Below are positions 11,001 through 23,172 of a stretch of DNA of 64,000 nucleotides, piece by piece. Under the pieces are notes generated by a model. It had not been told where the DNA came from. It worked only from the letters and a program-made list of their open reading frames with translations, and made no database searches. Made by a program: the position numbers and the translations under genes. Positions within the stretch are counted from its first letter, which is position 1. Every line of letters starts with the position of its first letter. This DNA comes from Azolla caroliniana (lineage: Eukaryota; Plantae; Polypodiophyta): positions 124,001-188,000 of the forward strand of contig JBHGNT010000041.1 in NCBI GenBank assembly GCA_043228905.1, given 5' to 3'.

Positions 11001-12380
11001 CTGATTTGGAATTCATGGTTGACTGACCTAAGAGGACAAATGTTGGGAAAGCGTACTAAATGTGCATGGGCAGAATTAGATCGTGGGCCAGCACAGTCTA
11101 TAGGTGCATGGATAACTTTTTTGTCTAAATCTATAGATCAACAAATGCTATTAATTAGTAATATAAGGGGTGGGAAGATAATGTATTATGCGATCCAGAA
11201 TGCCCTTGTTAATGTTCAAATGCAAATTGGATATACTACACACAAGTGGATGGGTTTATTTACTCCATTGGATGTTTTAATTGGAGTGAAAGCCTATATT
11301 GGGGAACAAGAATGCATGACTTTTGATGTACAGGATGATGGTAGGTTAATCTGTACATCTATGGAACATGATTTGTTTAGTTTTTGTTTACATAAAGAAG
11401 TGAGGGTGATTGCAAATGATGGATCAAATTGGGTATTAGACCCGGATCCTCAAAAGGTGAATTGTTTGTGGAGGATTTGGATTTTGGAAAGGAGATCAAT
11501 ATCTACACTAACTTGGGATCCTGGAGAACTGTATTGGAAGGTGAGGATGCAAGATAACATCAAATATGTGCCGTTTTTTCAGTATTCTGTGAGGATTGGT
11601 AGGAAAGTATTAGCTGCTAGATCATGGAAAGAACCAACTGCAAATATTGTTTGGAGACGAAATGACCTTTCTCCACAACATCTTAAACAATTTTGGAAAT
11701 GGTTATGGGGTATAAAGATGAGTAGGAAAATTGTTGGTTTTCGATGGTTGTTGGTTCATAATGCTATACCAGTTAATGGGTGGCGAAAAGGAAATGTAGA
11801 CAAGATGTGTCCTTTTTGTACAGATGTAATAGAGACTGCTAAACATTGTTTGTGGAGTTGTGGTTTTGCTATGGATATATGGAAACAAATTATAAAATTT
11901 TTAATTCCAATATATCCTAGAGCAGTGTACACATGGGGTGCAGTATTATGGGCAGCGGTACATGATAAACCGATGGAATATGAACAGGAGGAGGTTGCGG
12001 ATGCTATTATGGTGAGGCATGGTATGATGGAAAAAATTTTGATCCCTCCGAATCCACAAATACAAACTGATAAACCTCAAATATGGCAATTGGTAAGCAG
12101 TATTACAATTTGGTATATTTGGAAGGCTCGATGTTTGAAGGTATTTCAAAATATGACTGAAAGACCTACTCAAATAATCTCCGGAATTTGGATAGAGATT
12201 GTACATAATCTTAGAGGGATTTTGGATGGTATAAAAGGTAATACGCATCAAGCGGAGCTTAGGCGGGTGGAGTTTCATGCCATTTGGGACATAGGTATAT
12301 TTTATAGACGGTATTTTGGTAAGGTGGAGTGGTTCTACTCAACACCAAAGTGTTTATTCAAGCCAATGGTTAGACTTTAG
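8040..12380 (+). CDS. L1 ORF2: APE endonuclease, reverse transcriptase, C-terminal zinc finger, 1446 aa
   Basis: SWNVQG, LQE, GDFN, SRIDR, SDH; LDFEKAYD, VRQGCPLAP, FADD, YLG; CPFC..ETAKHCLWSC. Confidence 0.95.
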   Translation: MKIISWNVQGLGGSLCKQYKRRFRQELHKCIIGQVDIVMLQEHHLNERRTKVYGSLLPGKWEMVWVPAYGSTQLKGGLCMAIRDIWQVKMLEVGNLFLGRAQYVIMEFHNKKVGVLNLYAPNSSRERLKMWIELDRSLPTVDHWCIAGDFNMIEDPEDRSGEGGVTVHGLELSAWERFTISRRLVDVWHLPSFGKLHNSLRFSRSDRRVNGANLSRIDRIYVDDLFAEIGGCVGIYPGTTFSDHAPVVLQLKVGKKHKQQGRIRIPPELFTKSIITEQVMYIWRQTLLQIGNVEDNVTLAISHISSFLISWVQGKKETYTQKINSMHRALASLQHFQERDPLCEWTANALHNAKWELRKIEDNILNFQYQASASKWTQVGDKVNKMFFSQVAPKWSTIGIKQLRREDGSLTVDESEIVQIATTYYAKLLTVDVATESVHISRKRVWDQIKPKVSNEMKVALVKPFDIMEIHNALRALSLMSCPGEDGITPHFFLNYWEYIGEDLTKAYQRIFDTGYMPRSMAVGLIYLIPKGEGISDDIRKWRPITLLNTIYKVFAKTLALRVQPFLHDLIHITQTGFIQERSILDNLFFFWEAIALARKKKENLVILLLDFEKAYDRVDWEFLQGTLVRLGFPEKWVIGVSSLYNSACSSVLAGGVKGDEFQISRSVRQGCPLAPYLFLFFAEAMSLFLTVEDVGLKGIAMPIDGTNVVDVEFADDTSLYLDCHNNNLQNMYTAMQTFCIAAGAAINWNKSVGFWVSSDSTTPQWSPHPDFRWVPEGNSVRYLGCQVGLNISSEIQVASLLLKIRKKLMFWSKAKLSFAGRVIVVNHVLLSSLWYIMSCWSFSRSCMGQLQRLIRNYLWSGNDGSHARAKVSWSTIVKPLDQGGLGIVDPLQQSKALMAKLVIRGLLPGSEPWKQLLFYELQRFCPKTGGDWTPSARWAFMEHNKLAIATSWEDRFARCVLKAWKDISRDLVKTLPKTESEFCRQPLIWNSWLTDLRGQMLGKRTKCAWAELDRGPAQSIGAWITFLSKSIDQQMLLISNIRGGKIMYYAIQNALVNVQMQIGYTTHKWMGLFTPLDVLIGVKAYIGEQECMTFDVQDDGRLICTSMEHDLFSFCLHKEVRVIANDGSNWVLDPDPQKVNCLWRIWILERRSISTLTWDPGELYWKVRMQDNIKYVPFFQYSVRIGRKVLAARSWKEPTANIVWRRNDLSPQHLKQFWKWLWGIKMSRKIVGFRWLLVHNAIPVNGWRKGNVDKMCPFCTDVIETAKHCLWSCGFAMDIWKQIIKFLIPIYPRAVYTWGAVLWAAVHDKPMEYEQEEVADAIMVRHGMMEKILIPPNPQIQTDKPQIWQLVSSITIWYIWKARCLKVFQNMTERPTQIISGIWIEIVHNLRGILDGIKGNTHQAELRRVEFHAIWDIGIFYRRYFGKVEWFYSTPKCLFKPMVRL

Positions 12381-12853
12381 AAAAATATAGGGGATCGGTA
12401 TAGCTTGTATGTTTAGCCTTATGGCGGTTTTCTAATACTAATGTAGTATCTTTTTTGGGGAAACATTTTTCAAACCGTTAAACCATTAAACCATAAAACC
12501 ATAAAAACTGCGGTTTCGTGGTTCGGTTTCGGTTTTCAACATAGGTCAATTTTTTAATTTTTTAAAATTTATAATATTTCATTTTTTAAAATTTTTAAAA
12601 TTTTTAAGATGTTCCTAAAATGTGAAAATAAGGTCTAAAAATGAAAAGATTGTTTAAAAACAAATTTTAAAACTTTTTAGATTTTTTTTAAAATTTTTAC
12701 AATTTTTTTTATAAAAAATAAAAAATCGTTTAACCGTTTAAACCGTGGTTTTTTATTGATGAAACTGAACCGAAACCGAACCGAACCGAACCATTGAAAC
12801 CATTAAGTCGTTAAACCGCGGTTTCGCGGTTCGGTTCGGTGTTGTCGATTTTG

Positions 12854-12855
<2 letters not shown>

Positions 12856-12918
<63 letters not shown>
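12856..12918. repeat. (GT)n microsatellite
   Basis: Direct reading. Confidence 0.95.
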
Positions 12919-12921
<3 letters not shown>

Positions 12922-13262
12922 AGATTAAATCCCATCAGAGAATGATATGCTACTGAATGGGATTTCTTTGAGATAATTCTTGTTATACTATCAAGGAAAT
13001 CACTTCTTCGTTTCCTTTTGATTCCTCTTCTTATTCTTGTGGTTGAAGAGGAATTAGATCATAACTTCTTCTTCTTCTTCTTGTATTATCGTTAGATATG
13101 CGCAAGAGATTTGAATATTTGGATGGATGGATCTCCTGCAAATTGCAGATAGAAGGATGCATGCAAGGCCATGGATGATGATTAAAAGGTAGATTGATTG
13201 ACTATGGTGGTCAAGGATTTCTGGTATGTGTATGTGTATGTGTATTTGTATGTGCATGTGCC

Positions 13263-13296
<34 letters not shown>

Positions 13297-13639
13297 CCTA
13301 TGTGCCTATGTGTATGTGCCTATGTGCATGTGTATGTGTATGTGTTGCGTTGCCTAGGCCTATTGTATCGGAAAAGTGCTTGTGAAATTCGGTGCGGGTC
13401 GTATGATAGTATCGAGCAAAGCGTCCGGCCGGTCAATAGTGTGTACGCACACAGACATAACCCATGGCCCACGATTTGTTAACGTGTTGTGTGGCTGATA
13501 GCAAAAGCGAGAACACATAAATATGTACATCCTAATGGCCCTTGACTATACATAAGAGCTTGGTTGTGTGGGTAGTCCAAGATCACAATAACCCACATAC
13601 ATACCTCAAATGGTTCAAGACTTGGGTTGGGGTCTACTT

Positions 13640-14149
13640 CGCTCATTTTCAGTTTGGTTCGGTTTCAAGGCAAAGAAATTGAACCGAACCGTTTATATAA
13701 AACCAAACCAAACCAAATCGTTTATGAGCTCTCAAGTATGTATTTAAACAAAACCATTTATGAAAAAGTAAACCAAACTAAGTAAACCCAAACAGTTTAA
13801 GGAAAAGTTAAAACCAAACCAAACCATTTAATAAAAAAATTTAACCTAATCATTTAAGTCAAACTAATTAAATATTTAAATAAACAAAAACACATTTTAA
13901 AAAATAAGTGTTTAAGTTAAATTTATTATATCAATAAAAACCCATTAAATTAATAAACTAATAAAGTAAAAAAACAGTTAACCAAAAACTTATAAACCTT
14001 TAAACCAAACCATTTAAACCTATAAACCCAAGTTTTAAAACCAAACCTTTTATTGAAAATGCAAACCATTAAAAAAATTTGGAACCAATAAATCGTTAAA
14101 CCATAGCTTAACGATTCGGTTTGGTTTGAGCCGAAACCATGCCCATTGC
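13640..14149. mobile_element. Degenerate AACCG/AACCA-rich MITE
   Basis: Decayed AAACC arrays; ends CCATGCCCATTG. Confidence 0.45.
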
Positions 14150-15090
14150 TAGCTGCTAGATGGGTTGGGACTTTTGAGAATGCATTTTTTAAATAAATGG
14201 TGGTTGAGCATCTTAATTCGTATGCCTTGTGCTTTTTTTAACTTTTTTTTCTCTCTTCATTATGAAGAGTGTTTTTTTTACCTTAAGGTTGGCGAGCTTT
14301 TAATTTTTAAGGGTTTGGTATTTGTCTCCCATGCATTACTCAGTGGTGATCGATGACCAAAAGAATATATTACAATCATTTGTGAGCATTTGACCCAAGG
14401 TTGGTGAGGTTTTAATAGTGTTGGCCTTTTTATCCCTCGAGCATGGTCTTAATTCTTAATGCGTATGGGTTGTCTTGAACCCATAGATGGTGATGGTGAT
14501 TTGTATGTATATTATCCATTTTATCAAAGCTTTTGATAAATATTGGTGAAAGCTTTCATTGTTTCCTCATCAATATTTTATCGGAGTGATGCATCGTTGT
14601 GTATGCATGCATGCATGCATGCATGTATGTATGTATGTATGTATGTGATCATTTGTGAACCTTACATGTTGATTGATCAAGTGATGGCCAATCTATGACG
14701 TATGACACATTCATTACACATCCACGACTACATATACACCCTCCATTCCATGTTAACCTGTGCATTCTCTTAATCGTAAGCGTACAATTTTCAAAGGAGA
14801 CACCACATACATATTGATGATGAATTATTTACTCTGACATGGAATGTTTGTAATGAAGCATTCATCTCCTCATTGTACTGCCTAAATTTAGATCCCACAC
14901 ATCACAATGAGACTTTAGCAAATGGAATTCCTTTGCGTTTACAGGAACAAACATCTATATATGTATGTATGTACATTTTTCCTCTCACACGTGATGACTT
15001 GCAAGAAACACAAATTCCTACTATACAATACATTAATTCCAATTATTAGTGTTTTTGTGAAAATTATTTCTCCCTTTACATTGGAGGTGG

Positions 15091-15276
15091 TAATTGGCAA
15101 TGCCGAACCAAATTGCATAAACCGCAACTTAACAGTTTAAACGGTCTAGTTCAAGTTTGAATATTTATTAGCAATTCGGTTTAGGTCAACGATTCTATAT
15201 AAGCTTCAAAATTTTCAAATGATTTGAGTTCAAGATTCCCAAACCAAATCAGACCACATGAAATTATTGCCAATTG
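15091..15276. mobile_element. Degenerate MITE of the CAATT/CGGCAA-TIR family
   Basis: Inverted ends TAATTGGCAAT...ATTGCCAATTG with internal AACC/GGTT motifs. Confidence 0.5.
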
Positions 15277-15863
15277 CTACTTATATCAGCTACTTTTGTT
15301 GTACTTCAATTCTTTTTGAGCTACGTAATCATGGGGAAGTTGGGGTACAACTTATTTAGTTCTAGTTGGACATGCTCTTTGATATTCGGCTAACACATGT
15401 TCACAGATGATTGATTGTGTTATCGGCATAAAACCAAAACTTCTTAGCTATATTATTTATACCATTCGACTACAAATAAAATGATATCGTTTATGACAGA
15501 CGAGATTTGCTCAAGGGATTGTGATAAAAAAAAGCATGACGAGTTGGAGATTCTGATACTAAAATTGCTCAACGGCATGAGATTCTTATCGTCTGGACAA
15601 CGACTCCAATCATGACATCCAATTACGACATTCCTTATTGGCATTTGCAACCTCCGAAAAAGGTTGTTTCCCCCACCGATCGCATAGAGTTGAAAATCTT
15701 GTAAAATGTTTACACTAATGACAGGATATCTTCTTTAAAATAAATAAAAACGCGACGAGATCAAGTCGAGGCATTAGCAACTCCCGAAAACACCATCAAT
15801 TTGGCATCTAGAGCTTCGAAGAACTTCCAAATGAGAGAGGCGAAACAGGTCCGAGGAGGGGGG

Positions 15864-15936
15864 ATGTATGTATGTGTGTGTGTGTGTGTATGTAATGCAA
15901 TGTATGTTTGTATGTATGTGTATATGTATGTATGTA

Positions 15937-15971
<35 letters not shown>

Positions 15972-16272
15972 ATGTATGTGTGTGTGTGTATATGTATGTA
16001 TCTATGTAATGCAATGTATGTATGTATGGATGTATCATGTATGTATGTAAGTATGGATGTATGTATGTAATGCTATGTATGTATGGATGTATCATGTATG
16101 TATGTAAGTATGGATGTATGTATGTATGTATGTATGTATGTAATGCTATGTATGTAATGCTATGTATGTATGGATGTATGTATGTATGTATGTATGTATG
16201 TAATGCTATGTATGTATGTATGTATGTATGTATGTATGTATGTATTGTATGGATGGATGGATGTCTGTCTGT
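15864..16272. repeat. Compound (ATGT)n/(GT)n microsatellite upstream of accC
   Basis: Direct reading. Confidence 0.95.
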
Positions 16273-17149
16273 CTATGGTGGCTGTGTTAAATGCAGTGCC
16301 TACCTAATCTGTAGGAGAGCATGCAGAATGTATTGATTTCCTAAAGCACCCAAAAAGAAAGGCTGCTTCAATCTCCTCCTTCTGTTCTGTCTCTGTTTGG
16401 TTTTGCATGAAAGAGAAGAAGAGAGATTCATTTCCTTCTTTTCTTCTTCATCCATTCATTCATCCATCCATCCATTCCTTCTTCATACAGATCATACATT
16501 GTCTGCATATATATATATATATATATAGATAGATAGATAGATAGATAATTCGAGTAGCCGAATCTAGGATCTGGATCTCCAGCTCAGATCAAAGAACAAA
16601 AGCAAAACAGAGAAAGAAGAAGAAGAAGAAGAGCAGAATCTAAAAGAAGACAGGCAAAGGTATTTATTTTGGTTTGATTCTTATTCTTCTCGTCTCCTTT
16701 CCTTCTTCTTCCTTCCCATCTCTCGGGAAACGTTTGAGGCTTTATGTCTTCCTTTAATTCCTGGATTTCCCTCTGTCTGTCTCTCCCTTTGAGGTCCTTT
16801 GATCTTTGTAAATCTGCGATTGGTTAGATCCATCGATTCTCTCTCTCTCTCTCTCTCTGTGTATGCGTGAACAAAAAAGATCCACCTGAAAATTTACGAG
16901 ATTTCTTTTAGTAGCTCCTTTTGCGCTTCTCTCTATATGTAATTTCTTTTCTTTTCTTCTTTTGGTCTGCTGTCTCTGAAAAAGGAAAAGGACCCCTTAA
17001 AATGCATCGATTTGATTTTCACAGAATTCTTTTCAATGTTGGCCATAGAGAAAAGGGTATATAGGTTTTCCCTTAATTCATGACACCAATTGTGCTAATT
17101 CAATTAATCGCGGTTTTGAATTGTCTCTGAAAATGTAGTTTTGTAAGCG

Positions 17150-20100
17150 ATGGAGACCACAGCAGCAGCAACAGGGGCAACTGCGTTCACGAAGGTAACC
17201 TCTCTCTCAACAAATATTCTGGTTTTAATGATTTTTATTGTAAAATTTGCCAACGCTTCCAGAATTTGGCTACATTTCCCCAGTAGTCACTCTCATATCT
17301 CAACAAATTATCTGGTCTTAATAATTTTTAATGTAAAATTTCCGATGCTTCCAAAATGTGGCTACATAATACATTTCCCTAGAAGTCACTCTAATACCTC
17401 GACCAAATATCTGGTTTTAACTAATTTTTATTGTAAAATTTTCCAATGCTTTTTCAAAATTTGGCTGCATTTTCTCCAGAAGTCACTCTTCCAAAACATG
17501 TTTCCAAAGTTTGTCCACTAATGTTTCCAAAGATGTCAATATCTTGGGAGTTTTGGTCATTTTCTATTGTAATAATCTTCTAACCCTTCCATAATTTGGC
17601 TGCATTTTTTTGTAGATGTCAGGGATAGCCATATCAGTTGCCTCCTCAACAAGTTTGCGAATTCAGCCACGTGTTAAGGCCTCAACATCGACTAAGAGCA
17701 TTACCAGTATCATAGTACCAGGAAATATCAGGAGCTCGAGGAGTAATTTTCGATGTGGCAGTGGAGCATATGAATCCCTGCTAACAGATCTTACGGTCCG
17801 GTCAAAACAAGAGAGAGATGGGCAACAAAGGTCATCAGCTCTTGGGACCACGTGTGAATACCAGAAGATTCTGGTCGCCAATCGTGGAGAGATTGCAGTG
17901 CGGGTGATTAGGACAGCTCATGAGATGGGTATACCATGTGTTGCAGTTCATTCGACAATCGATCGACAGGCATTGCACGTTCAGCTCGCTGATGAGGCTG
18001 TTTGCATTGGGGAAGCTCCAAGCAGCCAGTCGTGAGTTTTCATCTATCTATATTTATATATAAATTTATATATTCATATATTCTTTTGCATTATGCGTCT
18101 TCAGATAGCCGCCAGTTTTTATCTATGCAATTATCTGTTAGTCTATTTGTTAGCATTTTGCACCTAAGCCAGTTGGCAGTTTTCATATATGCAAGCATGT
18201 GTGCATGTATATTTATTATGCTGTTTTACACATCCTTAGCGAGTTGCAAGTTTTCAAATATGCATGCATATATAAATGTTGTTATGTTATAATTTTCTTT
18301 AAAAAGAATTCTCATATATGCTCTTTTGCTCCCAGTTATTTGGTAATTCCAAACATAGTTTCTGCAGCTGTTACCCGTGGATGTACGATGCTGCATCCTG
18401 GTTATGGTTTTCTCTCTGAGAATGCCACATTTGTTGATATCTGTAGAGATCATGGAATCAACTTTATCGGGCCAAATGTGAGTGATATCTAGAGTACAAC
18501 TAGGCTATAATTAATGAGCTTTATTATGTACAATGAGAGTTGTTTGTACAAAGATACCATGATTTTTATTTTTGGTTTACAGCCCGATAGTATAAGGATG
18601 ATGGGTGACAAAGCAACTGCACGTGAAACAATGAAGAAGGCTGGGGTTCCTACTGTTCCTGGCAGTGATGGGCTGATCGAAGTTAGTAGATTACCATAGA
18701 AAAACATAAGACTTGTCTTCATTAAATTTCTCTATTTTTATCAGAAATTGATGGTTTGATTCTAATGTTGTGATATATTTTGTTGCATTTTATTTTTATT
18801 TTTTAGACAACAGAGGAAGCTGTTAGAATTGCACATGAGATTGGTTTTCCTATCATGATTAAGGCATGCTCCTTATTTTTATATTATAATACCAGTGATT
18901 ATGGATCCACTTTCCAGTGGAAGCTAAATGCCAGAAAACAAATTTGAATGTGATTATAAAAGAAAATTTATTTTATTTCAGGCAACAGCAGGTGGTGGTG
19001 GACGGGGTATGCGTCTAGCTAATGAACCGGGAGAATTTGTCAAATTATTGCAGGTAATAAGATCTTCCTCTTTAGATATGTTTGAATTTGTTAAGGATTT
19101 CAATGCTAAAATTCAATGTTTCTGCAAATCTTGCAGCAAGCACGGAGTGAAGCAGGTGCCGCCTTTGGAAATGATGGAGTTTATCTAGAGAAGTACATAA
19201 CAAATCCGAGGCACATTGAGTTCCAGGTTCTAGCAGATAAATATGGAAACTGTGTACACCTTGGTGAACGTGATTGCAGCATTCAGGTCTGCTATATACA
19301 ATTGATTGAGTGTGTATACTTGTTAGAATGTGGGATAGTTGTTTGTTTACTGAAATGTTCTTTTTATCACCCAGAGACGGAATCAAAAGCTATTGGAAGA
19401 AGCACCATCTCCTGCCTTATCATCTGAGCTGAGGAAGGCTATGGGAGATGCCGCAGTTGCAGCTGCTAAATCAATAGGTTATGTGGGAGTTGGAACAATT
19501 GAGTTCCTTCTCTCCGAAGATGGGTCATTCTATTTTATGGAGATGAACACTAGAATACAGGTTAATAATCTGATCATCATAGAAATTATATAACTGAGTT
19601 CCTTCTCTCCGAAGATGGGTCATTCTATTTTATGGAGATGAACACTAGAATACAGGTTAATAATCTGATCATCAAAGGTGGTGGCAGGAGCACGTGTATG
19701 TAATCCTCATAATCAATTGTATAACTGAGTATCTTTTCATCTACTGTTCTGTTGCCTTTTTCTACAGGTTGAGCATCCTGTGACAGAAATGATATCATCT
19801 ACAGATCTCATTGAAGAACAAATACGTGTTGCGATGGGTGAGAAGCTTCGATTCACTCAGGTTAGTATTAGTATTCGCAGTGAAGTGATTTGAAAACGTA
19901 CAGGATATGATGAATAATTTGCAATTTTTTAGCCAGTTTATATGGCAGAATGAAATATTAAAAATCTAACAAATAAGACTAGACCTAGAGAGTAGAAACA
20001 AATTGGAGTACTGGTTAAGTTGGAGATTAATGTGTGAAACGTTTTCATTATTTTAGGAAGAAATTGTTTTCAAGGGACATTCAATTGAGTGCCGTATCAA

Positions 20101-21127
20101 TGCAGAAGATGCATTCCAAGGTTTTAGACCAGGGCCAGGTAAAGACGCTATGTTTGCCTTTAAATGTTACTTGTTTCGCTGTGGAATGATTTCACAATCT
20201 ACATTTTTTGCATTCACAGGACGTATAACTGGGTATTTGCCACCTGGAGGTCCTTTCGTGAGGATGGATAGTCACATATACTCTGACTATGTTGTGCCAC
20301 CGAGCTATGATTCCCTTCTTGGCAAGGTAGGTTTTGTGCTTACACCTGTGTTTCATTTTCCAAATATAGAAATCTACCATCTCAATTTTGAGTTTCTCTC
20401 TCTCCTCCCTTTTATATGTATAGCTCATTGTGTGGGCTCCAACTAGAGAGCGAGCCATAGACAGGATGCTGCGAGCCCTAAATGATACTGTCATTACTGG
20501 TGAGCCATGAACTCAGTATTCAGTTGATGATATTGTTTGTGTCTTTTGCATTTTCGTGCTAATCTCGCTTAACTATTACCTGTAAGGCATTCCAACAACT
20601 ATCGACTACCACAAACTCATCCTCCAAATTCAGGTTTGAATGGGTCGTTTTATGTTATTATTTTTCTTGTAAACCGGGTGTTTTAATCTTGGTTGGTTTC
20701 TTCCACAGGATTTCAAAGATGGAAAAGTTGACACTGCCTTCATCCCGAAACACGAAGATGAATTGGCTGCAGTGAGTATTGTAACTTCTCAGGTTTAAAT
20801 GGCATTCATAAATGAACTATTAAAGATATAACTACATTCTAGGTTTTCATGACATCTTATGTTCTACTTGATAAGTAAGCTTTGTATCTTCATGGCATTC
20901 TTCATATAAGAATCTATTACAAATATCTCGCTTAAAAGAAAATATATTTTGCTTGCAGCCTAGTGCTATCATTAAGGCAGAACCAACTCTGAAACAGGTA
21001 AGGCAGAGTTGCAATTAATATTCCCAAGAATTCTGTGATTTAACTTAAATGAATTTATCTTTATTTGTTTAATGATACTGCACAGACAGAGCCAGCAGTA
21101 AAAGAATTGGAGAAAGCTGTAGCTTGA
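17150..21127 (+). CDS. accC: Plastid acetyl-CoA carboxylase biotin carboxylase subunit, ~571 aa with transit peptide. Exons 17150-17194, 17616-18031, 18336-18477, 18583-18681, 18807-18863, 18982-19053, 19137-19286, 19375-19560, 19768-19860, 20057-20138, 20220-20326, 20424-20499, 20587-20633, 20709-20771, 20959-20997, 21086-21127
   Basis: [70 protein letters not shown]. Exons sum to 1716 nt in frame. Ser/Thr-rich N-terminus. Probable 5'UTR exon ending ~16659. Confidence 0.95.
19595..19674 (+). repeat. 80-bp duplicate of the 3' end of accC coding exon 8 plus its donor site
   Basis: Identical to 19500-19579. Confidence 0.9.
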
Positions 21128-22634
21128 GTTGTAGAGGCAGAGGAAGCTGAAGCTTTTTTCGCAAAATCCTTCTCTAAATTTGGAGAGCTTTGATTTATAG
21201 TATATTCTTGAGTCTAATTCATCAAAATATTGATAAATGTAGATGATTCAATGAGCCGAGAATTCGAAATTTGATAATTTAGCGTAGTGATAATTTAGTG
21301 AAAAATTCTTGTTCTCAGATCATGACCATGATCCCAAGTGTCTTATGATGTCTTTCCCCATGAATCATGTACCAGGGAATTACTTTCTACATCGTAATTG
21401 TAAGATGAAAATCTTAGATTTTGTTTGTGATCGTTGATTTAAGAATATGAAGGTTGGAGCTTCAAAATCAAATCTTCAGGAATATTTCATGAAACCAAAA
21501 CTTTTCATTGGACTTTTTCTTCACATCTCTGTGTTGATAGAACATTCACCAGAATAATCTTTATACATGTGGTAAATGATCATGGATGAGAGAGCTACTT
21601 AGTGATTGGAATTGCTTTTAGCATGTAGTAATGTGCTTCAGATGCAGTATTAATGCCTTTCTAGCTTCAAAGAGTTCGGAATTGTAAGGGATTGGTGTCT
21701 CTCAAACTTGTAGTCCTGGGGTTATCCACACTAAAAATATAAGCTTTAATTTTCCTAAATATCAATGAAAATTATCCTAATGAGGTGGCTTTGCAATTCG
21801 TAGTGTTTTTTTTAATAACATCTTGCTCTTGGCGAGTGATTGCAAAGCATGAGGTTGCTTTATTATGTGATGATTCAAAAGATAATTTTACAAGCTTTGA
21901 GTTCATAAGTGAGCCAATGTCAGTACACCAATTACCAGAGGATGAAATAATATGGAAGAAAGTCATGGGAGTAATAGGGAGTAGGGCAAGTCTCTATGAA
22001 TGACTGTATGTAAAGGCATGATGTGATAAAATATTGCCAAAAAACTAGGGCAATACCTGCATCAAATTGGTTCATGACACTTAGAAATGTTGTATTACCT
22101 GTTTGAACTTATTTGTACACGACATTTTTCAACAAACTTATTGCCTCCCCATTTCAACACATCCCCTCCTCTCAATAAGCATCCTCTTTGAGTTGGGTTT
22201 GGGGTTTATGATTAGCCATTGCACAAATCATTACATGTGAATCAATATGCATGTATCTCATTCTGAAAACAAATGCAACTCTAAGGCTACAAATAGAAAG
22301 TGTCAAACTGATGTTGATTACAATGCAAAGATCTATCAGCAAATAAAGGATCTACTTAAGGTATGTTACCATCGCATACTAGCATTGTACTAGCACTTCA
22401 TGAACAGTAAAACATCAGATTCTTAGGAGCTGGATAGGGAAAGACTTCTTATTATCAAACCTGAAGACAATTTGGATCGTTGATTCAATCTGTCCATCTA
22501 TGGTCAACAAGTATGATGGTTCCAATTATAACCACCAGCTACTAATTGTATGGCTATTCAGGCAGACTTGAAAAAGCCAACCAAAAATCTAATGGACAGC
22601 CTACCTACCCATTTTGCCCCACCAATCGCAAAGC

Positions 22635-23172
22635 TATAAGCGCAGGTAGCTGGAATAAAGAACTGATTAGGCAAAAATAGGTGCCCATCTTTGGAAAGCC
22701 TTATGAAAAAAAATATTGGATCATTAACATAAGTTAAATTTCCTGCCATGTTCAGCCTTTGAATTGGAATATTATCCATATAAATAATAGAAAACCAAGT
22801 TACCAGTTCCTTTTCTGTATCACTGCTGAAGATGACTTTTAAAGTTCCATAAAATGTATACATAATCAGCATTTGAACAGGGAAAGTTTTATGAGCACAA
22901 ATTATAAGCGCAGGTAGCTGGAATAAAGAACTGATTAGGCAAAAATAGGTGCCCATCTTTGGAAAGCCTTATGAAAAAAAATATTGGATCATTAACATAA
23001 GTTAAATTTCCTGCCATGTTCAGCCTTTGAATTGGAATATTATCCATATAAATAATAGAAAACCAAGTTACCAGTTCCTTTTCTGTATCACTGCTGAAGA
23101 TGACTTTTAAAGTTCCATAAAATGTATACATAATCAGCATTTGAACAGGGAAAGTTTTATGAGCACAAATTA
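22635..23172. repeat. Apparently perfect 268-bp tandem duplication
   Basis: TATAAGCGCAGG...GAGCACAAAT starts at 22635 and again at 22903. Confidence 0.9.

Larger units (their letters stand above)
6479..12460 (+). mobile_element. Full-length L1-clade LINE with 16-bp TSD
   Basis: TSD AAACATTTTTCAAACC at 6463-6478 and 12461-12476, two uninterrupted ORFs, and a TT/AAA target. Confidence 0.95.
6430..12851. mobile_element. AACCG-rich non-autonomous DNA transposon (MITE, hAT-like) split by the L1 insertion
   Basis: GAACC/GGTTC arrays at 6437-6460 and 12476-12840. The right end GTTGTCGATT resembles the TIR of the 26925 MITE. The left end is not defined. Confidence 0.55.

Noticed and set aside
15801-16336. 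Cys/Val/Met/Tyr-rich ORFs (also 5066-5550, 13194-13482)
   Set aside because: These are translations of microsatellites.
17150-21127. Bacterial or horizontally transferred accC
   Set aside because: It has 15 spliceosomal introns and a transit peptide, so it is the normal nuclear gene for the plastid ACCase.
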